In this document: positions 27,311-62,500 of the stretch, in pieces
How positions within the stretch are numbered: position 1 is the stretch's first letter
Layout: every line of letters begins with the position of its first letter
Assembly: GCA_030141605.1 (NCBI GenBank)
Contig: JAQGDQ010000053.1
Span: 741,981-805,980, forward strand
Direction: 5' to 3'
Source: Tubiluchus corallicola
Lineage: Eukaryota; Animalia; Priapulida
Length of the DNA stretch: 64,000 bases
Notes under the pieces: generated by a model
Seen by the model: only the letters and a program-made list of their open reading frames with translations
The model's database searches: none
What the model was told of the DNA's origin: nothing
Position numbers and translations under genes: made by a program

Positions 27311-30300
27311 ATGTCATCTGCTAATGCATCTTCATCATCTAAGTCAACATCAAGTCTACCTTCCTGCAATAACTCTGCTGCAAACCATGCTGTCACTTTC
27401 TCCAGCTCTTCCTATTCAGGTCCTTCCACTTCCACAGCAAATGGCACATCCTTCAGAGATTGCCATCGTAGCGAGACCACCTGTTATCGCCCAAGACCGC
27501 CATCTGCATCCCGTCCGCTCGATGGTTCTATGCACTTCAGCATCTCAGATTATCCAAAGGAAGCTCTGGATACAATGAACATATTCCGTAATATGAAGAA
27601 ATTCTGTGATGTTGTGATACATGCTGGTGAGGAGAGCTTCCATTGTCACAAAGTGGTGCTAGCTTCCTGCAGTCCATATTTCAAAGCAATGTTCTGCAGT
27701 GGCTTGAAAGAAACTGATAAACCAGAAGTTACAATACACGGAATTAATCCAGATATAATGTGTATACTCATCAACTTTGCCTACACAGCCGAACTCTCAG
27801 TGAGTGAAATGAATGTATGTAATCTTCTTCCTGCGGCTTGCATGTTCCAGATGACACATGCTGTTGAAGCCTGCTGCACATTCCTTGAACATCAATTGGA
27901 TCCCTCGAACAGTATTGGAATTGCTGAGTTTGCTGAACAGCATGGCTGCCATGAACTTGCTAAAAAAGCAAAAGATTATATAGATCTGTATTTTTCAGAG
28001 GTAATTTTTTTCTTTTGTTGTCAATAAGTGTAATTTTTATGTCGAGCTTTGCTTTAGATATGCATCTATAACTAAGAATAAATAACAATTATTTGTAAGT
28101 GGCACAACATGAGACGTATGCTCAAACGAACATTTGATCTAGTTATTTTCATATATACTATGCAAAATTTTTTCATTCACTATTTAGATCATATAAAGCA
28201 TAACTGTTGATTAGTGTACATGTCTTCGTAATGCCGCATACACATTGTTGCGTTTACCATAGATGTTTAGAATTGTGATTTGTGTGATAGATACAAACAA
28301 CAATAATGTATATGCAATTCTGGATGCCTGGTAAATACCACTTAAATGAAAAAGCGAAATTTGACATGTGGAAGAGTATGTGCATTACCAGGTCAGCATA
28401 TTGGAGTAACTTACATGCCAAAAATGTTTAATGTTTTTACTTTGTTTCTTTTTTAGGTGGTGAAACATGACGAATTCATGAATCTGCATCCTTGCAAACT
28501 TGTTACTTTATTGAAACGAGATGAACTGAATGTAAAGTGTGAAAGTGAAGTGTACAATGCTGTCAAGGCGTGGGTGCGGTATGACGAGAAACTTCGTCTC
28601 AATAAACTAGAAAACTTACTCTGTGTGGTTCGATGTCACTTCCTTACACCAAAGTTTCTTCGTGATCAGTTGGATTTCTGTCGCATACTGAAAAACAATC
28701 CTCAATGCAAGGAGTATCTTTGTAGAATTTTAACTGATTTGGAGCTGCACAAACCATGTCCGGACCAGCAACGTTATCCACAAGGTGCGATGGTTATATA
28801 TGTTGTGGGTGGTTACTTGCGTCAGTCACTCAGCAACATGGAATGTTTCCACCCCGAACTTCAACAATGGTTTACACTTGCTGATTTGCCGGTGCCCCGC
28901 AGTGGGCTGGGGGTGGGTATAGTGGAAGGAATGCTATATGCGGTGGGAGGAAGAAATAATTCTCCTGATGGTAATATGGACACAGCAGCTGTTGAACGAT
29001 TTGACTATCTTCATAATGAATGGGAACACTGTGCACCATTAACAGTACCAAGAAATCGAGTTGGCGTTTGCGTTCTGGACAATATGCTTTATGCCGTGGG
29101 TGGGTCTCATGGTTCTGCTCATCATGCTTCTGTTGAAAGGTATATGGTGTGCTATGTAATTGGTAATTTAACTGGCATGTGCACTAGTTTTAATCAGAGG
29201 TGTGTCTAAGACTAAGGTGAAGAAGACTAAGATTATGTGCGGTTAAAACCATGAACTTTTACCAAGATTAATTTTAAGAGTAGATATGACAGTGACACTA
29301 TGACAATACCAGACCTTCAAGCTTCAAGATACATATTCTAAGACTATAATTGGAAACTACTTTCTCTGAGAAGGTACCTTTAAACATCAACATTTTAACA
29401 GCCAGCATATATTTTATATATATAGATACTCAATTTTGTGTTGTATGGTTAGTCATTCATTCATTCATTCATTGGTGAAATATAGATCTAGAAAGGTGCC
29501 TCCACTATTCTGATTTGAATATCTGTTACTGCGGCACATGTGCTTTTTTACTTTTTCGCACAAAATTAAAGATATAGAATTTAACAGAATCATCGAGAAA
29601 AGTTGAACAGAATTTTCAAGAAGTTAGAAACACAATGAAAGTGTTTTGGCAGCAGTGGATTTTTTAGTAGTGTTCAATTTTTAAGTGCCGTGAGTGTGAA
29701 ATTGGTGCAATATTTTTATGTGCAGGAACTCTCTCGCTAAAAATTAGTATTATACTTAGGTATATAACTTTTTGTCGAACTGTCTTAGTTGAAATAGCAT
29801 TTTTATTTGCTTTCTGCAGAAAGCATTACAATTGCTATGTTAAAAGGTAATTAACCAAAGAGTGATTAGCTATTTGGAAAAATCTGTAAAGCCTTTCAGA
29901 GAGTAAATATGTCACTTAAATGTTCTATAGGCAGATGATTACAAAAAACTGATAATTATTCTATTGGTAAGAATAATCTAAAATGGACTAAACAGTTATG
30001 TAAATTATTGTTGAATACTGTAAGTGGTTGTTTGTGTGAAAGGTGGGACAATTTGGTTGTGATTTGTTCAGTGTTGATGTAAACCTGCAATAACTGAATT
30101 ATGTTGGTGAGGAAATGAGATGAATAAACAAGGTGAACTGTGTTCCGTAGTAATGCTTTAATTTGCCTTTCGTACAGTGTGGCAGTGTTGTAGTCAAATA
30201 TTTTTGTAGCTGTTCACTTCTGTGTTTTATGTGGAACAACATTAATTGTGTTTAGATATAACCCAGCAGATGATAAATGGATGCTAGTGAAACCAATGAA

Positions 30301-32623
30301 GACCAAACGTATAGGTGTTGGTGCAGCAGTTGTAAACAGGTTAGTTGCAGTGTTTGCAATACAATTGCATAGAAAAAGTAAATAAACAAATAAAATTCAT
30401 AAATGGCTAGATGAATTTTGAGATATATGGACTGATGGCCAAGTGTCGGCTCTGGCACGGCAACATCTGATCAGAGCGTTTTGAAACTTGTGAATGTTTG
30501 TAGTTCTGAGCATTTTCTGCAAGCGAGTAAATGGCATTAGTGGTCTAATTGCTAATCAGTAAAAAAAATGTTGATATTAGAAGAAAACCGGGCGATTATT
30601 TTGACTCAATCTCATTTTAATTTACCGTCCAAAATATACATTTTCTTGCCTATAAAAGGTAGCAATTGCTTCATATATTTGAGTAATTAGCTTAGAAAGT
30701 TAATTAACGGCAACCGAATGCAGCTATTGCTTACATCAGAAACTAACCACAGTTTGCGCAATGGCAGGCATCTTCCCTTGCGTGTCAAGCACATTTGCAC
30801 AAGTGTTACTGCTTAGACACGTGACGTCACGAAAACAAGGCCAAGCGCATGTAACAAAAATGAGCCTTTGCCAATCTTAATAGATTCACTGAGCCGTAGC
30901 TTTGAAAATTTAACAAAATTTGAGTATCCGAGGTAATTATTATTTAATCTAAGCTTTGATTTAAAAAAGTTGTAGTAGTTTTCAATATTTTATAGCATTC
31001 TTTAGTCTGAACTAATGTTTAGACAATCGTCCGGTTTTCCTTTAAGAGCTATATGCATGAAATTTTATCTAGCAGCTATTACCCGCAGAGTTAACAATTA
31101 TAGAATTATGAACCTACAGCATCTTGCTAGACGTACACATGGCAAATAATCGGAAATAAAATATTTTCTATTTTTTTCAATGTATCCTGTGATTTTTAGA
31201 ATATTAACAAAATACGCTAATTAGTTCTATTTTATAACAGGCTTCTCTATGCTGTTGGTGGTTATGATGGTGCAAACAGGCTCAATACAGTAGAATGCTA
31301 TCATCCTGAAAATGATGAATGGAATCATGTGGCATCTATGAATGTTCACAGGAGTGGTGCTGGTACGTTGATATTAGTGTGTAAATGTTTAATTGCTGAG
31401 ATTAACAAGTAGCTTAAAAACAAATTTTTACGGAATTAAATCTTGAGCATGTACTTCAAGTTTTAAAACACGTTTAAGGTTTGTTTTGAAGGGATTGGCA
31501 TTAGACTAAAAAATATTCTCAAATAAATCGTAATTTTAACTGCACACACTTTCAAGTGCTGTTTGTCTTTTTTGAAAAGATTTAAAGTCAAATGTCACTT
31601 GACTCTTGCTCAACTATATTACGATTAAACTGTCGGAAAACATTTTCTTAGCATAATCGTTTGAGAAATCAAGATGAAAAAATCACTTCAACTGGTTGTA
31701 TTGAGTGTGTTTATTCTAGTGAGACTTCACTATGTATGGTTGGCTATGATGTATTTACAGATATTACCTATCCATTTACTACTCAGATTAGTGCTGCTTA
31801 AGCTTTGCAGTCTTTTCCTTTTGACCCGTCTAGTGTAGTTTTATTCAATCTTTACAGTTTCATTTATGGAGAATATAGAAATTGAAGGTTTTAATGGACT
31901 TCGCTGACGTTTAAACTGGCTTTATTTCCAGGCGTGACTGCATTGGGTTTGTATCTTTATGCTGTTGGAGGGTATGATGGTGCCAGTCAACTCAAAAGTG
32001 TGGAACGTTATGATATAATACGGGATAGATGGGAAATAGTGCCACCTATGAACTGCCCACGTAGTGCTCTGAGTGTTGCAGTTATTGATAACAAACTTTA
32101 TGCACTAGGTTTGTAATGTTATTATAAAATTTCTATGTAGAGAACAGTTGTCATTAAGTGTCTACTGGTCTGTCAAAGGTTTGTTATTGTTAAAACAAAT
32201 CATCGCTAATTGGAGAGTCGATGCCTATTGTACAGTGATGCTGATTGAGGGTAGGTTGTGGAGTTTGTTGTGATTCTCACTCAACAAATTCTTAGTGTCA
32301 GAACTTAAAAGCTAGTGTGAGAATTTTTTATCCACAAATTACCATTTTCTCAAATATTTATTCTGATTGCACGAACTTAGCTTAAAAGGAATATAGAAAA
32401 GGAAATGATACATGAATATATTATATGTAACAGAATTATTTATCTGAATAGTTTGTAGTAACTAAATATTAAACTTGCAGGTGGTTATGATGGTCACAAC
32501 TTTCTTAATACCGTAGAAATGTATGATCCTGAAACCCGCGTATGGACAGAAGTGACAAATATGGGATGTGGGCGAAGTGGCCATGCAGCCGCATCTTGGC
32601 TAGGTGTCTTTTTCAAGTCTTGA
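27311..32623 (+). CDS. KEAP1: Kelch-like ECH-associated protein 1 (BTB-BACK-Kelch), about 632 aa
   Basis: Exons 27311-28000, 28457-29139, 30256-30339, 31241-31362, 31932-32108, 32481-32623 (1899 nt, frame-consistent). KEAP1 diagnostics: [65 protein letters not shown]. Confidence 0.97.
30581..31041. mobile_element. Kolobok-type MITE in a KEAP1 intron
   Basis: ttag|aagaaaaccgggcgatt .. aatcgtccggttttcct|ttaa, i.e. a TIR with a TTAA-like TSD. Central palindrome cgtgacgtcacg at 30820-30831. Confidence 0.75.
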
Positions 32624-34520
32624 CCATTTGCTTTTGACAAATTGACAGCTAAACAGTTATCATAGTGTTGGAAACCTGTGCAGCACACAACACAATAAAA
32701 CAAGGCTGAGTTTGTGATAGTGAATTTTACTGTGCAAACGTCTAACTGAGAATGACCGTTACCCACATATTTATTATAGAAATATCATGCACTGTTGTAT
32801 TTTACTGTACATAGTGGAAAATCAAAAATGTATAATGATGGACTATGTTTTATCTATTCGCACAAACACAGGATGTTAAATCCTATTTTTTATGCAATTC
32901 AGCATATTACAAACCTCCATCCTACACAACAACTGGGCCAGCTTATTATGCTAATGGTTGTGGCAATAAATTTAGTTCGCCATCAAGTGTAATCTTCAAA
33001 CAATGAGACACAAACAGACAGAAGTTTAATCACACAGGCACTGTTCAGAGGTTATACGCCCTTCCATTAGCAAGAAAAATAGCTGGAGACATTTGTTCTC
33101 TTCCTAATGCTGTATACATGTGTTTGATTTCCGAAAATTATCGATCCTTTTAAAGCTGTTAGGAACTTGAGATTTGGACTATTTTTCACTCCCAATGTTT
33201 CCTGCTAAGAACTGTGCCTAGTCTCTGTATAGTATCAATCACAGCCACTTGATAATTTGATTTTGCATCTTTTGGGCTTATCTGTCACCGTTGTGTTGTT
33301 TTACGACAAAATTATAAATGATATTCTGCTAGGTGTCTGGTAACTCGTTATGGCCTTTTGTCATTTGCTCACATTGCTGTTTTCTAGTCATTGTTGCTTC
33401 AGTAATTTGCTCATATAAATAATTTGCTCATGTAAATATTGCTATCAACAGTTTTGCATGTTTTAGCTTCTTGTTTTCCGGTTTAGTTCAGCCTACGGCA
33501 TTCATTATGCTGTTGATCGATGGCTTTTTGCCAACACTATATACGTATAGCAAAGCTGTACGTACAAAGATTTTAGCCTTTGACAATGAGCACATCGTCA
33601 GTCTTGGTTAACACATATCTAAAACTACTCTAGTTCAGTTTCACCATCAACAAAAATCAGAATTTTGCTGCTTGATTAATTGAGGATTCTTGTGTTTCTT
33701 AGCTCAATTCAAATTTCCCGCAAAAATTTTAGTTTAACAACATTTAAATGTACTGGGAATTTACTTATCGTATATACTGTAATTACCGTTTTTGTTGTTT
33801 CCTTGAAATGTATACCATCCTGTGATGCAAATTGCATTTCTCGTTGTTCTAGTGTGAAATAAACAAATCTGAATCTTATCTTCTTTTTAAGTACATAAAC
33901 AAACAAAATGAATGACTAACGATAATTTGTGCCACAGTGAGTTTATTTTAGAAAAGGTTCTGTTTCTTTTTTGTATTCACAAATTTGGAATTTTCAACAT
34001 CTGTATATTTTATACGATAAAATTCCCAAAAACGGCCTCTAAATGGGAGTAGCACATTGTGACTGAAATAAATATCCCTACACAAAATCACAACATTTAC
34101 ATTAGGTGGACAATGCAAGTTATAAACTAACATATATGCTTGGTTAAATACATTAATAATTTTATATGATCAGTTCCACAGGTTCCTTCTACGGTAATGT
34201 TGTATATTAAATTTTGTAATGCATTACACTGTTACCAGTTTACCTATGTGTAATGAGAGAATAGTAAGCATATTCCGAGTATATATGCTTACTCAGTTGT
34301 GCAACAGAAAGATGGATTCTGAGTTTACCATAAGCTGGCATTCAACATGCGTTAGTTTCCATTATAGAAGTTACGGTTATATAAGTTACAAAAAGGTGCA
34401 CATGTTATAAGAGCTTGTGCAGTAACTGAAATAAAACTGTTTTGTGACTGTTGCCAAAGCATATTTATAATTGCTAGCTTTTGAAAATGTTATATTCACC
34501 ACCAAATTCTACATTATTAT

Positions 34521-56923
<22,403 letters not shown>

Positions 56924-57899
56924 TATCACCTTCTTTCGTCCAACAGTAAGCTACCTAAATAAGCAGCAACCTACAATATGATTATTCCAGTTACTTTGCA
57001 GAAATGCATGATATAATCATAAGACACAAATGATGAATTACTTTTATTTGCCTCCCTGAAATGCTTGCTTTTACTTTTGCATGGTTCAGTCTACATCTGT
57101 CTGACAATCACCAATCATTTATTTTTGGACTGAACGTAACTACAAGATGGATTGCTTAATCATATGATTGATTTTGTTCTTCACTTGCAAAAGATGACGA
57201 ACAATGAACTGTATAGGCAAATGATTATTAGGAAATGGACTGATGGTAATTTTTTTTGAAAAACTTAATCAAGACAATTTTTGATGGTTAAGTCAATTAA
57301 CCTCATCAGAAATCTGTTACAAATTAAAAAAACTTGTTACAGTATTAACTTCTTTATGCAATCAAGTAAATTTGGGGTTAAAGCAAGGGTGAGGTTAAAC
57401 AATCTAAAAACAGAGGTATGCAGTTCATAGATTTGAACAATAAAATGGTGTCATCTACATAACAATTACAAAATACATGCTTAAATTCTTTAAAACAACT
57501 GTTAAGCCAATTTATTTTCATAATAACACATAAATACTTGAGCAAAAGTAGGTCCTAATGGTAAGCCACATTTACTTTCAAGAGGAAGTGCAATGTATAA
57601 ATTGACACAAAAATGATATATTGCTAAGAAACATATTGATCACTTTCATTTGGCAAATCTTTAACATATTTTGCTCTCACTTTTACATAACTTTTCATAA
57701 AACTGATAATGCTTGGCAGTATTTGCAACAGTTACCATTTGCCATGCACAGAAACATACGCACCAAGTTACATGCGCAGTCGTGCAGAGCATAACATACT
57801 GACACAGTAGAGATAAGTGCTTCTCTGATCCTTTCAGAAAGGGGAGAGATCTGGGTGAAACGGCTAAACCGAGTGGGGCCTAAGCCCTGTTTCAGCGTA

Positions 57900-58980
57900 A
57901 CAAACAGTTCGTCCGAAATATGATACAGGAATGATATACAAATTTTAGGAAAGGAACGGAAAACGTAAAGGAAAACAAGTCAATGGGACCAAATGGAATC
58001 AATCTCTGTATAATCAAGCACTATGAATCAGCCTTCATCACATCTCTGATATACATAATAAAGAAGAGTTTGGTATAGTCGCCACGTATAAGAAAGGTAA
58101 TAAAGATGAAGTCAATAACAGATGAATGTAAATCTAGCTGGAGTAAGTTACCAGTGGAATAGGGTTCAGGCATTGGACCAATACTGTTTATACTAATGAC
58201 CTACCAGATATCTTAAGAAACAAAAGTAAACTTTCTGCTGATGATACTAAAGTATATGAAGCAGTGTTCTGTGAAGAAGACCAGCAGTGTTTGTAGTCTT
58301 ATTAACAGAATGATGATTGGTGTGAAACATGGCAGACGGCTGTTAACCAAGGTAAAAGTAAGGTTATGAGAGTGGAAAGAACAAATACTGACACAGTAAG
58401 CAGCAATAATAAGCAAAAGGAGATAAGGGAGTCATCCGAATAAAGGGATCTTGGCATTATAATTGATAACAACCTTGATTTTAAACAAAATATAGCATAT
58501 ATCACAAACAAAGCACATCAAAACTCAACACTTGTAAAAAGAAATTCATCCATGTTGCTGAAGCTGTGCAAATCTATGGTAAGACCCACCATCGACTATG
58601 CAGATGTAATATGGCTTGTAGAGAGAACCAATAGTATAGCTACTAAGTTAGTCCCAAACATGCAAGGGAAAGAATATCCACAATGGCTCAAGGAGTTAGG
58701 ACTGGGCGCCTGGAAATACAGGCGAGATAAGCAAGACATGATACAGGTATACAGAACATTACATGGGATAGACTACACTCAGACATATATTATAAACGTA
58801 CAAGGCACACTAAGAACAACAGAACACTCATTTAAACTTCTCAAAACAAGACTGTATGGAAGACGGAACAAAAGGAAAAAGGCATTCCAAAGAGCAGTTA
58901 ATGCCTGGAACAAACTTCCTTCCCACGTAGTCGAGTCCACAAGTTTTTAGCTTTTTTACAGTGCGATAGAAAAAGATCAA
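57900..58980 (+). mobile_element. CR1-type LINE ORF2 remnant in the SMARCA 5' UTR intron
   Basis: Broken frames KENKSMGPNGI, GSGIGPILF, SADDTKVY, RDLGIIIDNNLDFKQ, KLCKSMVRPTIDYADVIW, RAVNAWNKLPSHVVES. Confidence 0.88.
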
Positions 58981-59289
58981 TAGCAAAATATGCTAAATCC
59001 CCATCGATTATTATGGATTGTGGATTAAAGGAAATAAATATCAAAATTAACCAAGCTCTGAAAACAAGAAGGTTGTTGGGAGTTGACTGAAATCGGATAG
59101 TGTTACAACATTAAATTGGGCTTGCACTTAGACTAAGATAAGTGCCTCGAAGTCGGAGGCCGAAATGAACCGCTAATCTGGAGCAAATCCAGAAAAATGA
59201 GATACGGGTAAAATCTGTAACAATAGTACTGCCTAAAAAGTTACCACAGTAAACTATTAGTTAACATACCTACTGGACTGAATCCAAGA

Positions 59290-59578
59290 ATCTACTTACA
59301 TTACAAAATTATCCCATTACTAGTTAAACAAGAAAATCGCCATTGTGCTAGGTTACATCAAATGCGCATGCGTCTTACCGTTTACGTTTAGTTTTTCTTT
59401 AAATTATTTTTATAATACTGAATTTAGAATCTTGTAATTTTTGCATAAATTGCTGTCTAGGTAATTATTTTGTTCAGAATCCAAAAACAAGCGTTAGTCT
59501 TACATACCTGATTGTAAAATTTATATTTTCTTGCAAATGTCAAAGTCCGAGAAAACACTATATGAGTAGGTAATCTTA
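59290..59578. promoter_or_regulatory. Bidirectional promoter SMARCA / SLC35D with NRF1-like and YY1-like motifs
   Basis: TGCGCATGCGT at 59363-59373 (NRF1-like); cgccatt at about 59338-59344 (YY1-like, minus strand); minus-strand donor gtaag at 59295-59299 closes a putative non-coding exon 1 of SMARCA; SLC35D ATG at 59579. Confidence 0.6.
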
Positions 59579-62500
59579 ATGGCGCCTGACACGAAATCGC
59601 CGTCTTTGCTTTTTCGGCTGCTATCTGCAGCTTTCTACGGTTTAGCGTCCGTGTTAATTATTATTGTTAATAAAAGTATACTTACTGCATACAAGTAAGT
59701 AAATTGTCGTTACGTTTTTTGTGTATTTTTAGTTTAGCTTTTTGGTTGCGCTACTATTTTGGAATTGCATCAGTACTGTGGTCACCACAGTACGTAACTC
59801 TGAAAAATGCTTTGGAGAAAATTCAAGAGAGTTGTATGAGGTTAGTCCATGATGCAAATCCTGCAGCGATGTCCACTTTGGAACAAAGCCGAAGTACTAC
59901 TGATGAACTCACTCTCAGCTGATACTGTCAATGCACCATCTATCGACAAATTTAAAATGAATATGAGAAGGGACCGTACACGACTTGAACTCTAGGTCCT
60001 GATGTAATTGTAAAGAAGATTGGCGAGAAGTTTTACCAATTAGGCCATTATTATTTGATTGCTGACTAGAGTATGTTCGCTTGCTTTCCAAATCTGGCCA
60101 GGTAAACTCAGTTTGTCATCTTAATTCCCTTGACATATTGTAAAATCGTACTGTCAATCTGGTCCGGTGCTTACTCAGGACCCTCTTCGTTGCTATTGAA
60201 CTAGCCTCCACAAAAAGTGCCTGCAAGGTCACACTTCATTGATTTTTTTTCGTGTTTTGGTTTGTTGTTCACTGTTATTCTTCTGCCATGTTGACGGGTT
60301 GGCACTCTATAAAGAAGCCACTGTGCAATCCGTTTTTGTTACAAACAAAGGGCCATGTATTATGTATGAGCTTATGTACAAAAGTTTTTAAATGTATTGT
60401 ATGAGCTTATAAGTTTCCTGTACCCTGGGTGTAAATAAATAGTTTAATAGCTGCAGTCACGAATCTAATTTCCTCAATTCATGCAGTTTAATTAGAACTG
60501 ATATTAACTTTTAGAGTCACTACATGCTGCCTGAATTTTGGTAAGCAGTGGCAATAGTCTTGGGCATACATACATTATGTTGGCATTTTAGTTTTTATCA
60601 GTGATTGCTGTTTATTTTGATATTAACTTACGAAAATCCAAGAAATAACATAAAATATGCTTCACATTTTCACAATGATATCAATGGAAGATTTACAGCA
60701 AATTGTTACAGAATTACAGTGATTATTATTTTTTCAAGATCAATGTATAATGTTTGAAATTCAAGATTTGTTCTTTGGAAAAGGAACAAAATTGCAAATG
60801 CCATTGTACTTTGGCAAAAAATCTAAATTTTTAACATTTTCTAGTAATTTCTGAAGTACTCTTTTCAAGAGTGTTTTAATCTGAAATTACTGTTTGCAAA
60901 ATTTCAAAGGCATTATTCTAATGAAACACATTTTTCTTTTTACAGATTTCCATCCTTCCAGTTTTTGGGCTTTGGTCAGGTAAGTAACACTACTAATAAA
61001 TATGTGTCTTAGAAGTATGATACCTTTGTTTCACATATTGGCAAGTGCCATGCTTGAAGTAAAAAGCCTAGGCTTTAATGGCACATTTTTGGTAGATGTG
61101 TGTTCAAGAACAACACTGCAGGGATGAAATGTTTGTGTATGATTTCAAGGGAAGGTACAGTGCGTGAGTTTGCATCAATAGAAGCTAGTGAGCCCTTAGT
61201 GCGTCACGTAAGCCAGCATGTAACTCCATACAGTTTTGTCTGGCTATTACTGCATATATTATCAAGAGTAGTTTGATTCTAACAGGTTTCAAAAAAATTA
61301 GCATCAGCTGGTTTATTATATTTGATCAAATTTCGTGATTTTACTATTACCTTCTTGGACAGAAAACTGTCATCATTGCTATTCTTATTTACCTAGACTT
61401 AGGAATGATTTGAATAAATCACATCTATTAGTCTGTCAGTCGGATAAGTTTGTTCAAGTAAAATAACCCCAGTTAGTTCAAAGGTTGCCTTTTACCAGCC
61501 TTTTTGTGGAAAAATTAATTTTCTATTGTCATTAAAGCCAAAACAGAGCTGTTTACTCAACGGAGCCAAATGACTTGGTCACTTTACGTAATTTTTTTGC
61601 TGTGTTTTCTGATGTTTGCTTTTGTTGCAATGTCATATGTTTCTACATTTCGGTTGTGTTTGATCAAGCTTTTGACAAATAGTAAGTACCTCTGCTAATT
61701 TTAAGAAAAAGACTGTTTAACTAAGTGTTTTATTATTTTATTTCGATAGATATTAGTCACTGTGATTGTTTTGTACATAAGCAAGTTGGTCGGCATAGTT
61801 TCTTTTCCAGACTTTTCTAAAGAAACTGCATTTAAGGTAAGAAACTGCTTAAGGAAACTATCTTAATTTTTTTTAATATCTTATGTGAATAGTTCTCCTT
61901 GAATCATCAAGGTAATTCTTGATAATGTAAAATTTCAATGATCCATTATTCACCATTATGGTAAAATAAGTTTTTCTTAGTTCATCTATATGCCCTAATG
62001 GAATATGCACAAATATTTCATAAAATTCTTCTACTAATTCCAGTGTTTCCGCTGCTGACTTAGCAAATTAGTTATTGGTCATGTAAGGAGACAAAATCAT
62101 TTTAATAACTATGTTTACAGTACAATTAAACATCATGGACAATTAACTGGGAGCATTGTTACTTAGCTATATTCAGAAAAAAAGTTGAAAAATTAAAAAG
62201 TAACTAGTGTTATTTGTGTGTCCATTGCTTTTATAGATATGGCCCTTGCCTTTGTTTTATTTTGGCAATCTAGTCTTTGGATTGGGTGGGACTCAGAAAA
62301 TCAGGTGAGCCAGTTAAAATTTAAATAGGTGTTTATTAGTGATTAATAATGTATATATTTCTTTATTATTTGATCTTAATAATATTATGTTGTTATTGTC
62401 ATTATTACGTTGTAACCTAAATTCTATGTATAGTGCTTTCTGATATTCTGAATTAAATTTTGAAAATTTACTGAACAAAGATAAGAAAGCTTGCAGTCAA

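Noticed and set aside
59968-60056. tRNA gene
   Set aside because: A/B-box-like motifs are present but there is no cloverleaf pairing; kept only as a low-confidence SINE head.
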